A stretch of DNA of 64,000 nt, from the NCBI GenBank assembly GCA_902559885.1, contig CACEJU010000001.1:27385-91384 (forward strand). Reading direction: 5' to 3'. The notes beneath the pieces are model-generated. The model made no database searches, was not told where the DNA came from, and saw nothing but the letters and a program-made list of their open reading frames with translations. A program made the translations under genes and the position numbers. Shown here in pieces: positions 1 to 9,246 of the stretch; within the stretch, counting starts at the first letter, position 1, and each line of letters begins with the position of its first letter. The DNA is from an uncultured SAR86 cluster bacterium (GTDB taxonomy: Bacteria > Pseudomonadota > Gammaproteobacteria > Magnimaribacterales > D2472).

Positions 1-645
1 CCCCATGAAATTGATGGAGCATTAGAAGCTTTTGGAATGAATATGGGGCCATTTAGAATGTTTGATTTGGTTGGACTTGATTTAGGTTGGAGAGCAAGAA
101 AACTTGGTAAACTTGAAACTCCCCTACAAGCGAAAATTTCAGATGCTCTTTGTGATCAAGACAGATTTGGTCAAAAGAATGGTAAAGGTTTTTATAACTA
201 TGTTGAAGGCTCTAGAGCTCCTCATCCAGCTCCAGAAAATGAAGAATTATATATTAAAGTTTCTGAAGAAAATAATATAGAAAGAAGGCAAATATCAGAA
301 GATGAAATAGTTGAAAGATGTATGCTAGGTTTAGTTAATGAAGGAACTAGAATTTTATCTGAAGGTGTTGCGCAAAGAGCTGCGGACATAGATATTGTAT
401 ATATTAATGGATATGGGTTCCCAATTTGGAGAGGTGGACCTATGCATTACGCAAATTCAATGGGTTTAGACAAAATTGTTGATAGATTAGACTATTATTT
501 TGAAAAAACACAATCTGATGTCTTTAGAGCATCTGAATTTCTTAGAAATTTAGCAAATAATGGCCAAAAATTAGGAAATGCTCCTGAATTAGGTGATAGA
601 GAGCCTAAAAAATCATTTAATGTTGTAAATGCCGGAGATTTATAA
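1..645 (+). CDS. 3-hydroxyacyl-CoA dehydrogenase, C-terminal part (FadB/FadJ-like fatty-acid oxidation enzyme); the 5' end lies outside the window
   Basis: Frame 1 is open from base 1 (PHEIDGALEAFGMNMGPFRMFDLVGLD...). The GPF..DLVGLD and YINGYGFPIWRGGPMHYA blocks are typical of the 3-hydroxyacyl-CoA dehydrogenase C-terminal domain. Confidence 0.8.
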   Translation, partial: PHEIDGALEAFGMNMGPFRMFDLVGLDLGWRARKLGKLETPLQAKISDALCDQDRFGQKNGKGFYNYVEGSRAPHPAPENEELYIKVSEENNIERRQISEDEIVERCMLGLVNEGTRILSEGVAQRAADIDIVYINGYGFPIWRGGPMHYANSMGLDKIVDRLDYYFEKTQSDVFRASEFLRNLANNGQKLGNAPELGDREPKKSFNVVNAGDL

Positions 646-649
646 GTTT

Positions 650-1183
650 TTAAACAGAAATATAGACTTCTGTCCCTATATTGACATAATTATATAAGTC
701 TATTACATCATTATTTAACATTCTAATGCACCCATGTGAAGCCTTTTCACCTATAAGGCCTTCTTCATGCGTGCCATGAATGTAAATATATCTGGAATAG
801 GAATCAACACCCTTTCCTTTATTTTTTCCTTCTTCAAGGCCATCAAGCCATAGTATTCTACTAGTAATATGATCATCTTTTGTTTTATTTCTTGAATTTT
901 CAATATTAACAGTTCTTTTAGTATTAATCCTTGATATAAATAATGTGTTTATCGGAACATTTGTTCCTATTTTTTCTTTAATTACATGCAATCCCAGGGG
1001 TGTCATGTTAGAGTTTTCTGTTGAGCCTTCGCCATATTTTGATGATGAAATAGGATAGCTTTTAATAAGGTCGTCATTTTGCTTCAAATAGAGCCTTTGT
1101 TGAGAAATATCAATATCTATTTTATATGTCATAGCTGATATGTTAACAGCTGAAAATAATAATATAATAATAAACTTATGCAT
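650..1183 (-). CDS. L,D-transpeptidase (YkuD/ErfK domain), exported
   Basis: The N-terminus is hydrophobic and signal-like. The YkuD active-site block is present as IHGTHEEGLIGEKASHGCIRM. The gene overlaps lnt by 8 nt. Confidence 0.85.
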   Translation of the reverse strand: MHKFIIILLFSAVNISAMTYKIDIDISQQRLYLKQNDDLIKSYPISSSKYGEGSTENSNMTPLGLHVIKEKIGTNVPINTLFISRINTKRTVNIENSRNKTKDDHITSRILWLDGLEEGKNKGKGVDSYSRYIYIHGTHEEGLIGEKASHGCIRMLNNDVIDLYNYVNIGTEVYISV

Positions 1184-2618
1184 TCTTGAGCTTTCTATAG
1201 ATAGCTAATAATACCAATATACACGAAATTAAATAAAATAATATATAGCCATATAAACTATAAAATGTTCTGTCCTCAATCAATTGCACATGCCCTTCTA
1301 GAATTTGTTTTGAATTTTTATCTGATAATGAAACAATTGTTCCTTTATTGCTAATTATAGCTGAGTAACCATTATTTGTTGCTCTTATAGTCCATTTATT
1401 ATTTTCTATTGATCTAATTCTAGCAATATTTAAATGTTGATACGGCCCAATTGAACCCCCAAACCAGGTATCATTACTAATATTTACTATTAAATTAGAA
1501 CTTTTGACCCTTTTTCTTACTGTATTAGCAAATACTGCGTCATAGCATATTAATGTAGCTAAATTCATATCATTAATTGTTAATAAATTTTGGTTATTGC
1601 TACCTTTCGAGATATTTGACATTGGAAGCCTAAAGAATGGTACTAAATCACGAATTTTGTCTGAAATTGGTAAATATTCACCAAATAATACTAGATGCTG
1701 CTTATTGTACTCATCTAAAGTATGAAAATTAACAAGTGAATTATAAAAATTACCATCTTTGTACGACCATGCCCCTCCAATTAATGGTATATCTGTTAAT
1801 AAAATATTTTTGAATAAGTTAAATCTGTAATCTTGAATAACATAAGGTAACTCAGCTTCCGGTAGTACAATAAGCTCAGTATCCTTGCTTATTTTTGCAT
1901 TTAATTCAAATATATTATTTTCTATTTCCTCGTAATAATTTTCTATATATTTAAGAAAAGGATCAGATGAAGGCTGGATAATAGAAATCTTAATGTCTCC
2001 GTTCTCAATATTAGGATCATAGATAGGTAAAGTAGTTAATATAATTAATCCTGTATATGTTAAAAATTTTATTCTGTTGAGATGTAAATATATTGCTAAA
2101 ATTGCAGAGACTAAATATAAGATAAATGAGAATCCAGCAACTCCCCATATTGAATAAAAATATTGAAGGTAGGTATCTGTAAAAATATATCCTGGCAGTA
2201 TCCAAGGTAGGCCGTCTAGTAAATAATCTTTTGAAAAATCAATAATTAAAAATACAGAAGCAATGGTGAATATTTTAAATATATTGTTTTTAGAATTAAT
2301 AAATCTATAAAGAAAAATAGGGGTACTAAATATTAATATTAATACGCATAATAATAGAAAATATAATAGTAAAGTCACTATAAAACCAGCATTACCATAA
2401 TAGTAAATACTTACTATTGTCCAACTCATTCCTATAGCCCAATGCCCAGCAGCCCAAAATATTAGCTTAGTCTTTAGATCATTTTTAGAATCAAAAAAAA
2501 GGCTACGCATTATGTATGCATAAGATAAAAAGATTATGAATTTTACATTAAATGGCTCAAAAGATAGTGTTGCAATAGCACCAAAAAAGAAGGATTTAAT
2601 ATGCAGGTAGAAGGGCAT
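1176..2618 (-). CDS. lnt: apolipoprotein N-acyltransferase
   Basis: A multi-TM N-terminus is followed by a CN-hydrolase domain with Lnt triad contexts LIVLPEAELP, LVLFGEYLP and LICYDAVF. It sits in the conserved ybeZ-ybeY-corC-lnt position. Confidence 0.92.
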   Translation of the reverse strand: MPFYLHIKSFFFGAIATLSFEPFNVKFIIFLSYAYIMRSLFFDSKNDLKTKLIFWAAGHWAIGMSWTIVSIYYYGNAGFIVTLLLYFLLLCVLILIFSTPIFLYRFINSKNNIFKIFTIASVFLIIDFSKDYLLDGLPWILPGYIFTDTYLQYFYSIWGVAGFSFILYLVSAILAIYLHLNRIKFLTYTGLIILTTLPIYDPNIENGDIKISIIQPSSDPFLKYIENYYEEIENNIFELNAKISKDTELIVLPEAELPYVIQDYRFNLFKNILLTDIPLIGGAWSYKDGNFYNSLVNFHTLDEYNKQHLVLFGEYLPISDKIRDLVPFFRLPMSNISKGSNNQNLLTINDMNLATLICYDAVFANTVRKRVKSSNLIVNISNDTWFGGSIGPYQHLNIARIRSIENNKWTIRATNNGYSAIISNKGTIVSLSDKNSKQILEGHVQLIEDRTFYSLYGYILFYLISCILVLLAIYRKLKNA

Positions 2619-3475
2619 TAATTATTTCTAATAATTAATAATTTTTTTAGTTTACGAGGGTCAGCATCAACAACTTTTAGAGTTAAATTGTTTATTTCAA
2701 GAGAGTCACCTACCTTTGGTAATATCCCTAACTTATCTATAACAAATCCGCCTATTGTTTCAGCATCTATTGCTAATACATCAAGATTTAACTCAAAATA
2801 CTCATTAAATACATCAAGCTCAACTTTGGCATCAGCACTATATTTATTATTAGAAAGTTCAATAATCTCTACATCACTTTGGTCATGCTCATCTTCTATC
2901 TCACCAACTAACTCTTCTAAAATATCTTCAATTGTAATTAAACCAGAAATAACGCCATACTCATCAATGACAACTGCTAAATGAGACCTATTTTCTTTAA
3001 ATTCTTGTAACAAAGAGTCTGCTTTCTTCGTTTCAGGAACAACTTTTGCATCTCGAAGCATGCTTTTAATATCAAACTCATCTTTTTTATTTACCAAAAT
3101 AGGTAGAATATCTTTAGCTAAAAGTATTCCGAGTACTTCATCACGATCTTCACCTAAAACTGGATACCTTGAATGCCCAGATTCAATTATTGTCTCAATA
3201 ATTTCAGCTGTTTTGTCCTGAGAACTAACAGTTGTCATATCAACTCTTGGAACCATTATGTCTTTAACAGTTGTTTTACCAAGTTGGATCGCATTATTAG
3301 CAATATCTTCGACTTCTTTATCAATAATATTGAGATCAACTGCATCTTTTAAAAAATCTGACACTTCAGAAACTGAAGTAGTTTTTATAAAAAAAGGGTT
3401 TTTAAAAAATTTTTTAATTCTTTCTATAAGTCCCGACGGAGGTTTAGAGTCTTCTATTTCTAGTTTTTTATTCAT
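2618..3475 (-). CDS. corC: CorC/YbeX-type Mg/Co efflux-associated protein (CBS pair plus CorC_HlyC domain)
   Basis: The CBS-pair region reads IMVPRVDM ... AVVIDEYGVISGLITIEDILEELVGEIEDEHD. Synteny places it between ybeY and lnt. Confidence 0.9.
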   Translation of the reverse strand: MNKKLEIEDSKPPSGLIERIKKFFKNPFFIKTTSVSEVSDFLKDAVDLNIIDKEVEDIANNAIQLGKTTVKDIMVPRVDMTTVSSQDKTAEIIETIIESGHSRYPVLGEDRDEVLGILLAKDILPILVNKKDEFDIKSMLRDAKVVPETKKADSLLQEFKENRSHLAVVIDEYGVISGLITIEDILEELVGEIEDEHDQSDVEIIELSNNKYSADAKVELDVFNEYFELNLDVLAIDAETIGGFVIDKLGILPKVGDSLEINNLTLKVVDADPRKLKKLLIIRNN

Positions 3476-3917
3476 ATTTATATGGATTCATTATATTAAA
3501 TTTTGAGAGAATGTTTACTTCTTTTAATTCCATGCATTCTGCATCGCTTTCTAATTGATGATCATAACCAAGCAAATGCAAAATTCCATGAAGTGTTAGA
3601 TGCATTACATGATCATGAAATGTTTTTTTTTGTTCTTCGGCCTCTCTAGCTGCATACTCATAACTTATAGCTATATCACCAATTTCATTTGTATGGACTT
3701 TAGATATATCATCATTTTCAAAAGACAAAACATTTGTGGGCATACTTTTGTTTCTATATTTTTGGTTTAAAATTTTGATATCTTCATCATTTATAAATTT
3801 TAAATTTACAATTGCATCAGGTTTTTGCTCTAATAAAAAAATTTCTTTTGATAGGGCGCTTAAATCTTTACTTAATTTATTATTTATAGAAAAAGCTTCT
3901 TGGTTAATCTTTATCAT
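3468..3917 (-). CDS. ybeY: rRNA maturation endoribonuclease YbeY
   Basis: The zinc motif HLTLHGILHLLGYDH (HxxxHxxxxxH) is present. The protein is 149 aa and the gene follows ybeZ. Confidence 0.95.
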   Translation of the reverse strand: MIKINQEAFSINNKLSKDLSALSKEIFLLEQKPDAIVNLKFINDEDIKILNQKYRNKSMPTNVLSFENDDISKVHTNEIGDIAISYEYAAREAEEQKKTFHDHVMHLTLHGILHLLGYDHQLESDAECMELKEVNILSKFNIMNPYKYE

Positions 3918-4896
3918 CCTTTATTGCTTCATTGTATTTTCTATATGCATTAATAATTTTTCTTACTAGAGGATGTCTAACAACATCTTGTGAATCAAAA
4001 TGAGTGATTCCTATATCACTTTCTTTATCTAAAACTTCTAAAATATTTTTTAATCCAGAGGTTGATGTTTTTGGAAGATCTATTTGCCCTAAATCACCAT
4101 TAACTACTGCCCTAGAACCATAGCCAAGTCTAGTCAAAACCATTTTCATTTGATCAATCGATGTATTTTGGCTCTCATCAATAATAATGAATGAATTATT
4201 TAAAGTTCTTCCTCTTAAATAAGCAAGAGGTGCTATTTCAATAACCTCTTTCTCTATTAATTTATTTACCTTTTCATTGCCCATCATTTCATACAATGCA
4301 TCATATAAAGGTTTTAGATAAGGATCGACTTTTTGAGCTAGATCTCCAGGCAGAAAACCTAATTTTTCTCCAGCCTCAATAGCAGGCCTAATTAGAATAA
4401 TTTTTTGTACTTTATTAGATATAAATGCATCAACTGCTGCTGCCACCGCTAAATAGGTTTTTCCTGTACCCGCTGGACCTACGCCAAAATTAAGTTCATA
4501 TTTTTTAATGTTTTTTAAATAATCTTGCTGATTCTTACTTCTTGATTTAATTAGTTTTTTTGGAGTTTGTATAACAATCTCTTCCATGAATTTATCTTCT
4601 TTATCAGCCAACCTAAGGTTATGGTATGACTGGATACATAAATGAACTGTCTCTTTTGTTAGTTCTAAATTTTTATTGGTCAAGCCATAAAGATCTTTAA
4701 TGGCTTTAGCAGCATACTTGGTATCTTTGGTAGCTCCTGTGATTTTAATATTGTCTCCTTTATGAAAAATTTTAACTGAAAAAGTTTTTTCAATTAATTT
4801 AATATTGCCATTAAGCTCTCCAACAAATACAGCAATCCTATCAGCACTTGAAGGACTTAGAGAAATGTCTTTATAAGATTCTTGGGAAGTCTGCAT
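3904..4896 (-). CDS. ybeZ: PhoH-like ATPase YbeZ
   Basis: Walker A is GPAGTGKTYLAVA, and the FIIIDESQN and VVNGDLGQIDL blocks are PhoH-family signatures. Confidence 0.93.
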   Translation of the reverse strand: MQTSQESYKDISLSPSSADRIAVFVGELNGNIKLIEKTFSVKIFHKGDNIKITGATKDTKYAAKAIKDLYGLTNKNLELTKETVHLCIQSYHNLRLADKEDKFMEEIVIQTPKKLIKSRSKNQQDYLKNIKKYELNFGVGPAGTGKTYLAVAAAVDAFISNKVQKIILIRPAIEAGEKLGFLPGDLAQKVDPYLKPLYDALYEMMGNEKVNKLIEKEVIEIAPLAYLRGRTLNNSFIIIDESQNTSIDQMKMVLTRLGYGSRAVVNGDLGQIDLPKTSTSGLKNILEVLDKESDIGITHFDSQDVVRHPLVRKIINAYRKYNEAIKDDKD

Positions 4897-4902
4897 TAAA
4901 AT

Positions 4903-6234
4903 TTAATTATACTCAATTAATGTTCCCTGCAAAGAATTAGAATAAGCTTCATTTATTTTTATATCTACTAATTTACCTATTAATGAGTGATTTTGAAAGT
5001 CAAAATTAACAACTCTGTTGCATTCTGTTCTAGCCTGAAGCTGGCCTGTACTTTTTTTAGATACTCCTGTTACTAAACATCTTTGAATAGAATTTTGAAG
5101 AGCTTCGCTGTAGCCTTTATGGAAAGAATCAAGCGTTGATTGAAGTTTAAATAATCTCTCTTTCTTCTCCTCCATTGGCGTTTCATCATTTAGCTTTGAT
5201 GCTGGTGTTCCTGGTCTTGCTGAATAAATAAAGCTATATGATGAATCAAATTTGATTTTCTTAACTAAAGACATTGTCTCTTCAAAGTCTTGTTGTGACT
5301 CTCCTGGAAAACCTACTATAAAATCTGATGAGACTCTTAGGTCTGGTCTAATTTCTTTAATCTTATATATAATTTCTTCAAATAGCTCTGTGGTGTAATT
5401 TCGTTTCATTCGCTTCAAGATTTCATTTGATCCAGATTGAACAGGCAAATGAAGATGGCTTACAAGCTGAGGAACATATCTATATACTTCTATTAAATCA
5501 TCTGTCATATCCAATGGATGTGAGGTTGTATACCTTATTCTTTCAATACCCTCGATATTAGATGTTATTTGTATTAAGTCAGATAATCTTAAAAATCTAC
5601 CTTTATAAGGCATCTTATATGAATTTACATTCTGCCCTATGAAGGTTATCTCGGAAACTCCCTGTTCAGCTAATCGGGCAACTTCATTAAAAATTTGCTC
5701 TGGGTCTCTGCTAACTTCTTCTCCTCTTGTATATGGCACAACACAAAATGAGCAGTATTTTGAACAACCCTCCATTATTGAAACAAAGCTTGTGGGACCA
5801 GTTGATACTGGGTCAGGTAAAGAATCAAATTTTTCTTCTATTGGAAATGTTATATCAATTGCCTTGATCCCTTTAATTTCAGATTTATCAATTAAACCTG
5901 AGACTTTATGTAATGTTTGTGGGCCATAAATTAAATCAACATATGGGGCTCTTTTCTTGATATTTAATCCCTCTTGTGTAGCAACACAACCTCCGACACC
6001 TATTTTTAATTTTGGATTTTTATCTTTTAACTTTCTTAGTCTGCCTAGATCTGAGTAGACTTTTTCTTCAGCTTTTTCTCTTATAGAGCAAGTATTTAAT
6101 AGAATTATGTCAGCATCATCAGGGTTATCTGTAACTATTACATTTCTTTCATTTTTTAAAATATCAGCTGTTTTTTGAGAATCATATTCATTCATTTGAC
6201 AGCCAAAGGTTTTAATATAAAGTTTAGTACCCAT
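4903..6234 (-). CDS. miaB: tRNA-2-methylthio-N6-dimethylallyladenosine synthase
   Basis: The N-terminal UPF0004 block is IKTFGCQMNEYDS. The radical-SAM motif is CSKYCSFCVVP, and a C-terminal TRAM region is present. Confidence 0.96.
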   Translation of the reverse strand: MGTKLYIKTFGCQMNEYDSQKTADILKNERNVIVTDNPDDADIILLNTCSIREKAEEKVYSDLGRLRKLKDKNPKLKIGVGGCVATQEGLNIKKRAPYVDLIYGPQTLHKVSGLIDKSEIKGIKAIDITFPIEEKFDSLPDPVSTGPTSFVSIMEGCSKYCSFCVVPYTRGEEVSRDPEQIFNEVARLAEQGVSEITFIGQNVNSYKMPYKGRFLRLSDLIQITSNIEGIERIRYTTSHPLDMTDDLIEVYRYVPQLVSHLHLPVQSGSNEILKRMKRNYTTELFEEIIYKIKEIRPDLRVSSDFIVGFPGESQQDFEETMSLVKKIKFDSSYSFIYSARPGTPASKLNDETPMEEKKERLFKLQSTLDSFHKGYSEALQNSIQRCLVTGVSKKSTGQLQARTECNRVVNFDFQNHSLIGKLVDIKINEAYSNSLQGTLIEYN

Positions 6235-6247
6235 ATAGTTAAATAAT

Positions 6248-6574
6248 ATGAAAAAAAGTAACGTTTACAAGATTAAATTTATACAACTTGGTGAAATCTA
6301 CGAAGTTTTTGCAAGGCATATTTATCAAAGCGAAATGTATGGTTTCATTGAGGTGGAAGAGTATATATTTAATAGAGACAAACAGCTAGTAGTAGATCCA
6401 ACTTCTGAAAAACTAAAAAATGAATTTTTGAATGTTGAAAGAAGTTATATACCTTTAAATTCTATTGTAAGAATTGATGAAGTTGATGAGCTTGGTGAAG
6501 CAAAAATTACTGAAAATAAGGGGCAGGTCAGTCCATTTCCGCTAAATATACAGCCCGTATCAAATAAAGACTAA
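6248..6574 (+). CDS. DUF1820-family small protein (function unknown)
   Basis: The 108-aa ORF begins YKIKFIQLGEIYEVFARHIYQSEMYGFIEVEEYIF, which I recall as the DUF1820 pattern. I know of no functional data. Confidence 0.6.
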   Translation: MKKSNVYKIKFIQLGEIYEVFARHIYQSEMYGFIEVEEYIFNRDKQLVVDPTSEKLKNEFLNVERSYIPLNSIVRIDEVDELGEAKITENKGQVSPFPLNIQPVSNKD

Positions 6575-7120
6575 TTAAGAAAGAAAAAGATCTTTATAAA
6601 ATTTTAACTCTTCAACTGATTCCTTAATGTCACCGAGCGCCCTGTGACTTCCTTTCTTTTCATATACCTGGGCATCATTTATCCATCTTGTTGCAACTTC
6701 TTTAAAAGATGATACGTCTATATGTCTATAATTAAAATATGCCTCAAGTCGAGGCATGTATTTAAATAAAAACCTTCTATCATGAGATACTGTATTTCCA
6801 CACATTGGAGATTGTTTTTCTCCTACATATTTTGAAATAAATTCTAAAGTTTCTATTTCTGCCATTTGCATGGTTATGATGCTGGATTTAACTTCCTCTA
6901 TTAGACCTGAGGATCCATGTTGATTTTTATTCCATTCATCCATGGAATCTAGTAAGGCTGCTGGTTGATTTATAACTAAGTTTGGCCCTTCTGCAACTAT
7001 GTTTAGATTAGAGTCGGTTACCAAGGTCGCTATCTCTATTATTGATTCATTCTCTGGATCGAGACCGGTCATTTCTAAATCTATCCAGACAAGATTATGT
7101 TTAGATTGTAGTGATTTCAT
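6575..7120 (-). CDS. orn: oligoribonuclease
   Basis: The DEDDh exonuclease motifs are LVWIDLEMTGLD, a second acidic block, and H..ALGDI near the C-terminus. The length is 181 aa. Confidence 0.95.
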   Translation of the reverse strand: MKSLQSKHNLVWIDLEMTGLDPENESIIEIATLVTDSNLNIVAEGPNLVINQPAALLDSMDEWNKNQHGSSGLIEEVKSSIITMQMAEIETLEFISKYVGEKQSPMCGNTVSHDRRFLFKYMPRLEAYFNYRHIDVSSFKEVATRWINDAQVYEKKGSHRALGDIKESVEELKFYKDLFLS

Positions 7121-7165
7121 CTTTTTATTTTAATTCCTTTGCCTATAGTGTATTTTGTGCTTTAT

Positions 7166-8026
7166 ATGAAAAAAGTTCAAACTGGAACTGTTATTGAGTT
7201 TTATACAAACTCCTGTCTCGTTGAGTCAGATAATCAAAGAATAGCTTGTACGGGTTTAAAAAATGTTGTTGTTGGAGATGTTGTTGATATAGAGCTTACA
7301 CAAGATACAAGCAAACCATCAGGAAAAATCACTAAAATCTACCCTAGAAATTCAATTTTAAAAAAGATAGGTCCATATAAATCAAAGCCCCTAGCTTCAA
7401 ATATTACTCACTTATGCATTCTAGTAACCTCAAAGCCTAAAACTACAAAAGAATTTATTGATAAGTATCTTGTTCTAGCAAGTAAATTTAATCTTAGTGT
7501 TTTGCTTTTAAATAATAAAACTGATATTGAAGATAATGCTATTGAAGAGCTGCTTAATACATACAAAGATTATGAAATAATTAGAATTTCAGCAAAATCA
7601 GGTTCTAATTTTCAAGAATTAAAAAAATGGATTTTAGGCAAGTCTATAATTTTTGTCGGTAACTCAGGATCTGGAAAATCAACTATAACAAGCAAGCTAA
7701 TCGGGAAAGATCTTAAAACTAATAAATTGAGTAATAATCAAGGGGTTCATACAACATCAATCTCGAGCTTATATAAAATAGATGATGTTAGTTCCGTAAT
7801 AGATTCTCCAGGTGTGAGAGATATTGAAATTTCATATTTAAGCAAAGAAGAAATTTTAACTGGTTTCCCAGAAATTTTTGAAGCTTCAAAAAAATGTAAA
7901 TATAATAATTGCAATCATTTAAACAATGATGATTGTGAAGTTATAAATAGTCTAAAATCAAATATAATTGACAGTTCAAGATATCAAAACTACATAAAAT
8001 TTATTAAGAATTTAGAAAATGTCTAA
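7166..8026 (+). CDS. rsgA: ribosome small-subunit-dependent GTPase A
   Basis: The permuted GTPase has LLNNKTD (G4), VGNSGSGKSTI (G1), DSPGV (G3) and a C-terminal Cys/His cluster CKYNNCNHLNNDDC. I prefer the ATG at 7166 over the TTG at 7139 used in the ORF track. Confidence 0.9.
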   Translation: MKKVQTGTVIEFYTNSCLVESDNQRIACTGLKNVVVGDVVDIELTQDTSKPSGKITKIYPRNSILKKIGPYKSKPLASNITHLCILVTSKPKTTKEFIDKYLVLASKFNLSVLLLNNKTDIEDNAIEELLNTYKDYEIIRISAKSGSNFQELKKWILGKSIIFVGNSGSGKSTITSKLIGKDLKTNKLSNNQGVHTTSISSLYKIDDVSSVIDSPGVRDIEISYLSKEEILTGFPEIFEASKKCKYNNCNHLNNDDCEVINSLKSNIIDSSRYQNYIKFIKNLENV

Positions 8027-8756
8027 GAAAGTAAGCTTCGGATATAAACAAGTTGAGGTAAAAGATAAAGAGGGAATGGTTGCTGAAGTTTTTACTTCGG
8101 TTCATAAAAATTATGACCTTATGAATGATCTGATGTCAGCTGGAATGCATCGAATTTGGAAAAGAATCTTAATAGAGATTTCTGAGATCTCGGAGGGTGA
8201 CACTGTATTAGATATTGCTAGTGGGACCGGGGATATTCCAAAAATTATTTCTGATCAGCTAGATGATATAGATATATTTATGGGCGATATAAATTATGAG
8301 ATGTTAAGCCTAGGGCGCGACCGAGCTATTGATGAAAATTTTCATAGCAAAACTTCCTTTTTTCAACTTTCTGGTGAAAATTTACCCTTTATAGATGAGT
8401 CATTTAATTTAATAACAATTGGGTTTGGTCTACGAAACTTTACTAATAAAGAAAATGGTTTAAAAGAAATGCATAGGTGCTTAAAAGAAAATTCAAAACT
8501 CTTAATATTAGAATTTTCTAAACCTACTAATACTGTTCTTAGTCAAATATATGATTGGTACTCTTTTAATATTCTCCCAAAATTAGGTGAGCTTTTTGCT
8601 AATGACTCTGAGAGTTATAAATATCTTGCGGAATCGATCAGAATGCACCCAGCACAAGAAGATCTAAAGAAAATGATCATAGAATCTGGATTTAAAGATT
8701 GCAATTATTACAATCTGTTAAATGGGATAGTAGCAATACATGTTGCATCAAAATAA
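8019..8756 (+). CDS. ubiE: ubiquinone/menaquinone biosynthesis C-methyltransferase
   Basis: The N-terminal block VFTSVHKNYDLMNDLMS is present with the SAM motif VLDIASGTGD. It heads the conserved ubiE-ubiJ-ubiB-tatABC order. Confidence 0.95.
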   Translation: MSKKVSFGYKQVEVKDKEGMVAEVFTSVHKNYDLMNDLMSAGMHRIWKRILIEISEISEGDTVLDIASGTGDIPKIISDQLDDIDIFMGDINYEMLSLGRDRAIDENFHSKTSFFQLSGENLPFIDESFNLITIGFGLRNFTNKENGLKEMHRCLKENSKLLILEFSKPTNTVLSQIYDWYSFNILPKLGELFANDSESYKYLAESIRMHPAQEDLKKMIIESGFKDCNYYNLLNGIVAIHVASK

Positions 8757-9246
8757 GTCATTAAGAAGCCTAATAGGTCTTTTAAATAATATTATTGATA
8801 TTAAAACATCAAATGAGCTAAAAGAATTTGAGGGCACAAAAATAGAAATAATATTTGAAAGAAAGATAAAGTTTTCTATTCAGATACTTGAGGGTAAATT
8901 TATAGCACTACCCCAAAATCTCTCAAAAGATATAGATTTTATTCTCAACTTTGACTTTGTATCCCTTCTGAAGACAGCCACTAGCTTAAATCTTGATAAA
9001 AGTGTAATAAAAGGTGATGCTGAGCTTGCCATAGCATTATTTAATACCCTTAACCCTAAAAAGATTAAAATTGAGTTATTGGTTGATAGGTTTTTTGGCT
9101 CTGATGCTGCCTTCTTTATACTTGCAATGACAAAAGCTGCAACTAATAATTTAAATGAAAATAGAGCTATAGATCCAAATCTTCAAGCAAAAATTCGAGA
9201 TTTATCAATAAGAGTTGATAGATTAGAGTATATTAAAAAATTATGA
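8740..9246 (+). CDS. ubiJ: ubiquinone biosynthesis accessory factor UbiJ (SCP2-like)
   Basis: The call rests mainly on position between ubiE and ubiB, size (168 aa) and translational coupling at both ends. The sequence itself is weakly diagnostic. Confidence 0.6.
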   Translation: MLHQNKSLRSLIGLLNNIIDIKTSNELKEFEGTKIEIIFERKIKFSIQILEGKFIALPQNLSKDIDFILNFDFVSLLKTATSLNLDKSVIKGDAELAIALFNTLNPKKIKIELLVDRFFGSDAAFFILAMTKAATNNLNENRAIDPNLQAKIRDLSIRVDRLEYIKKL

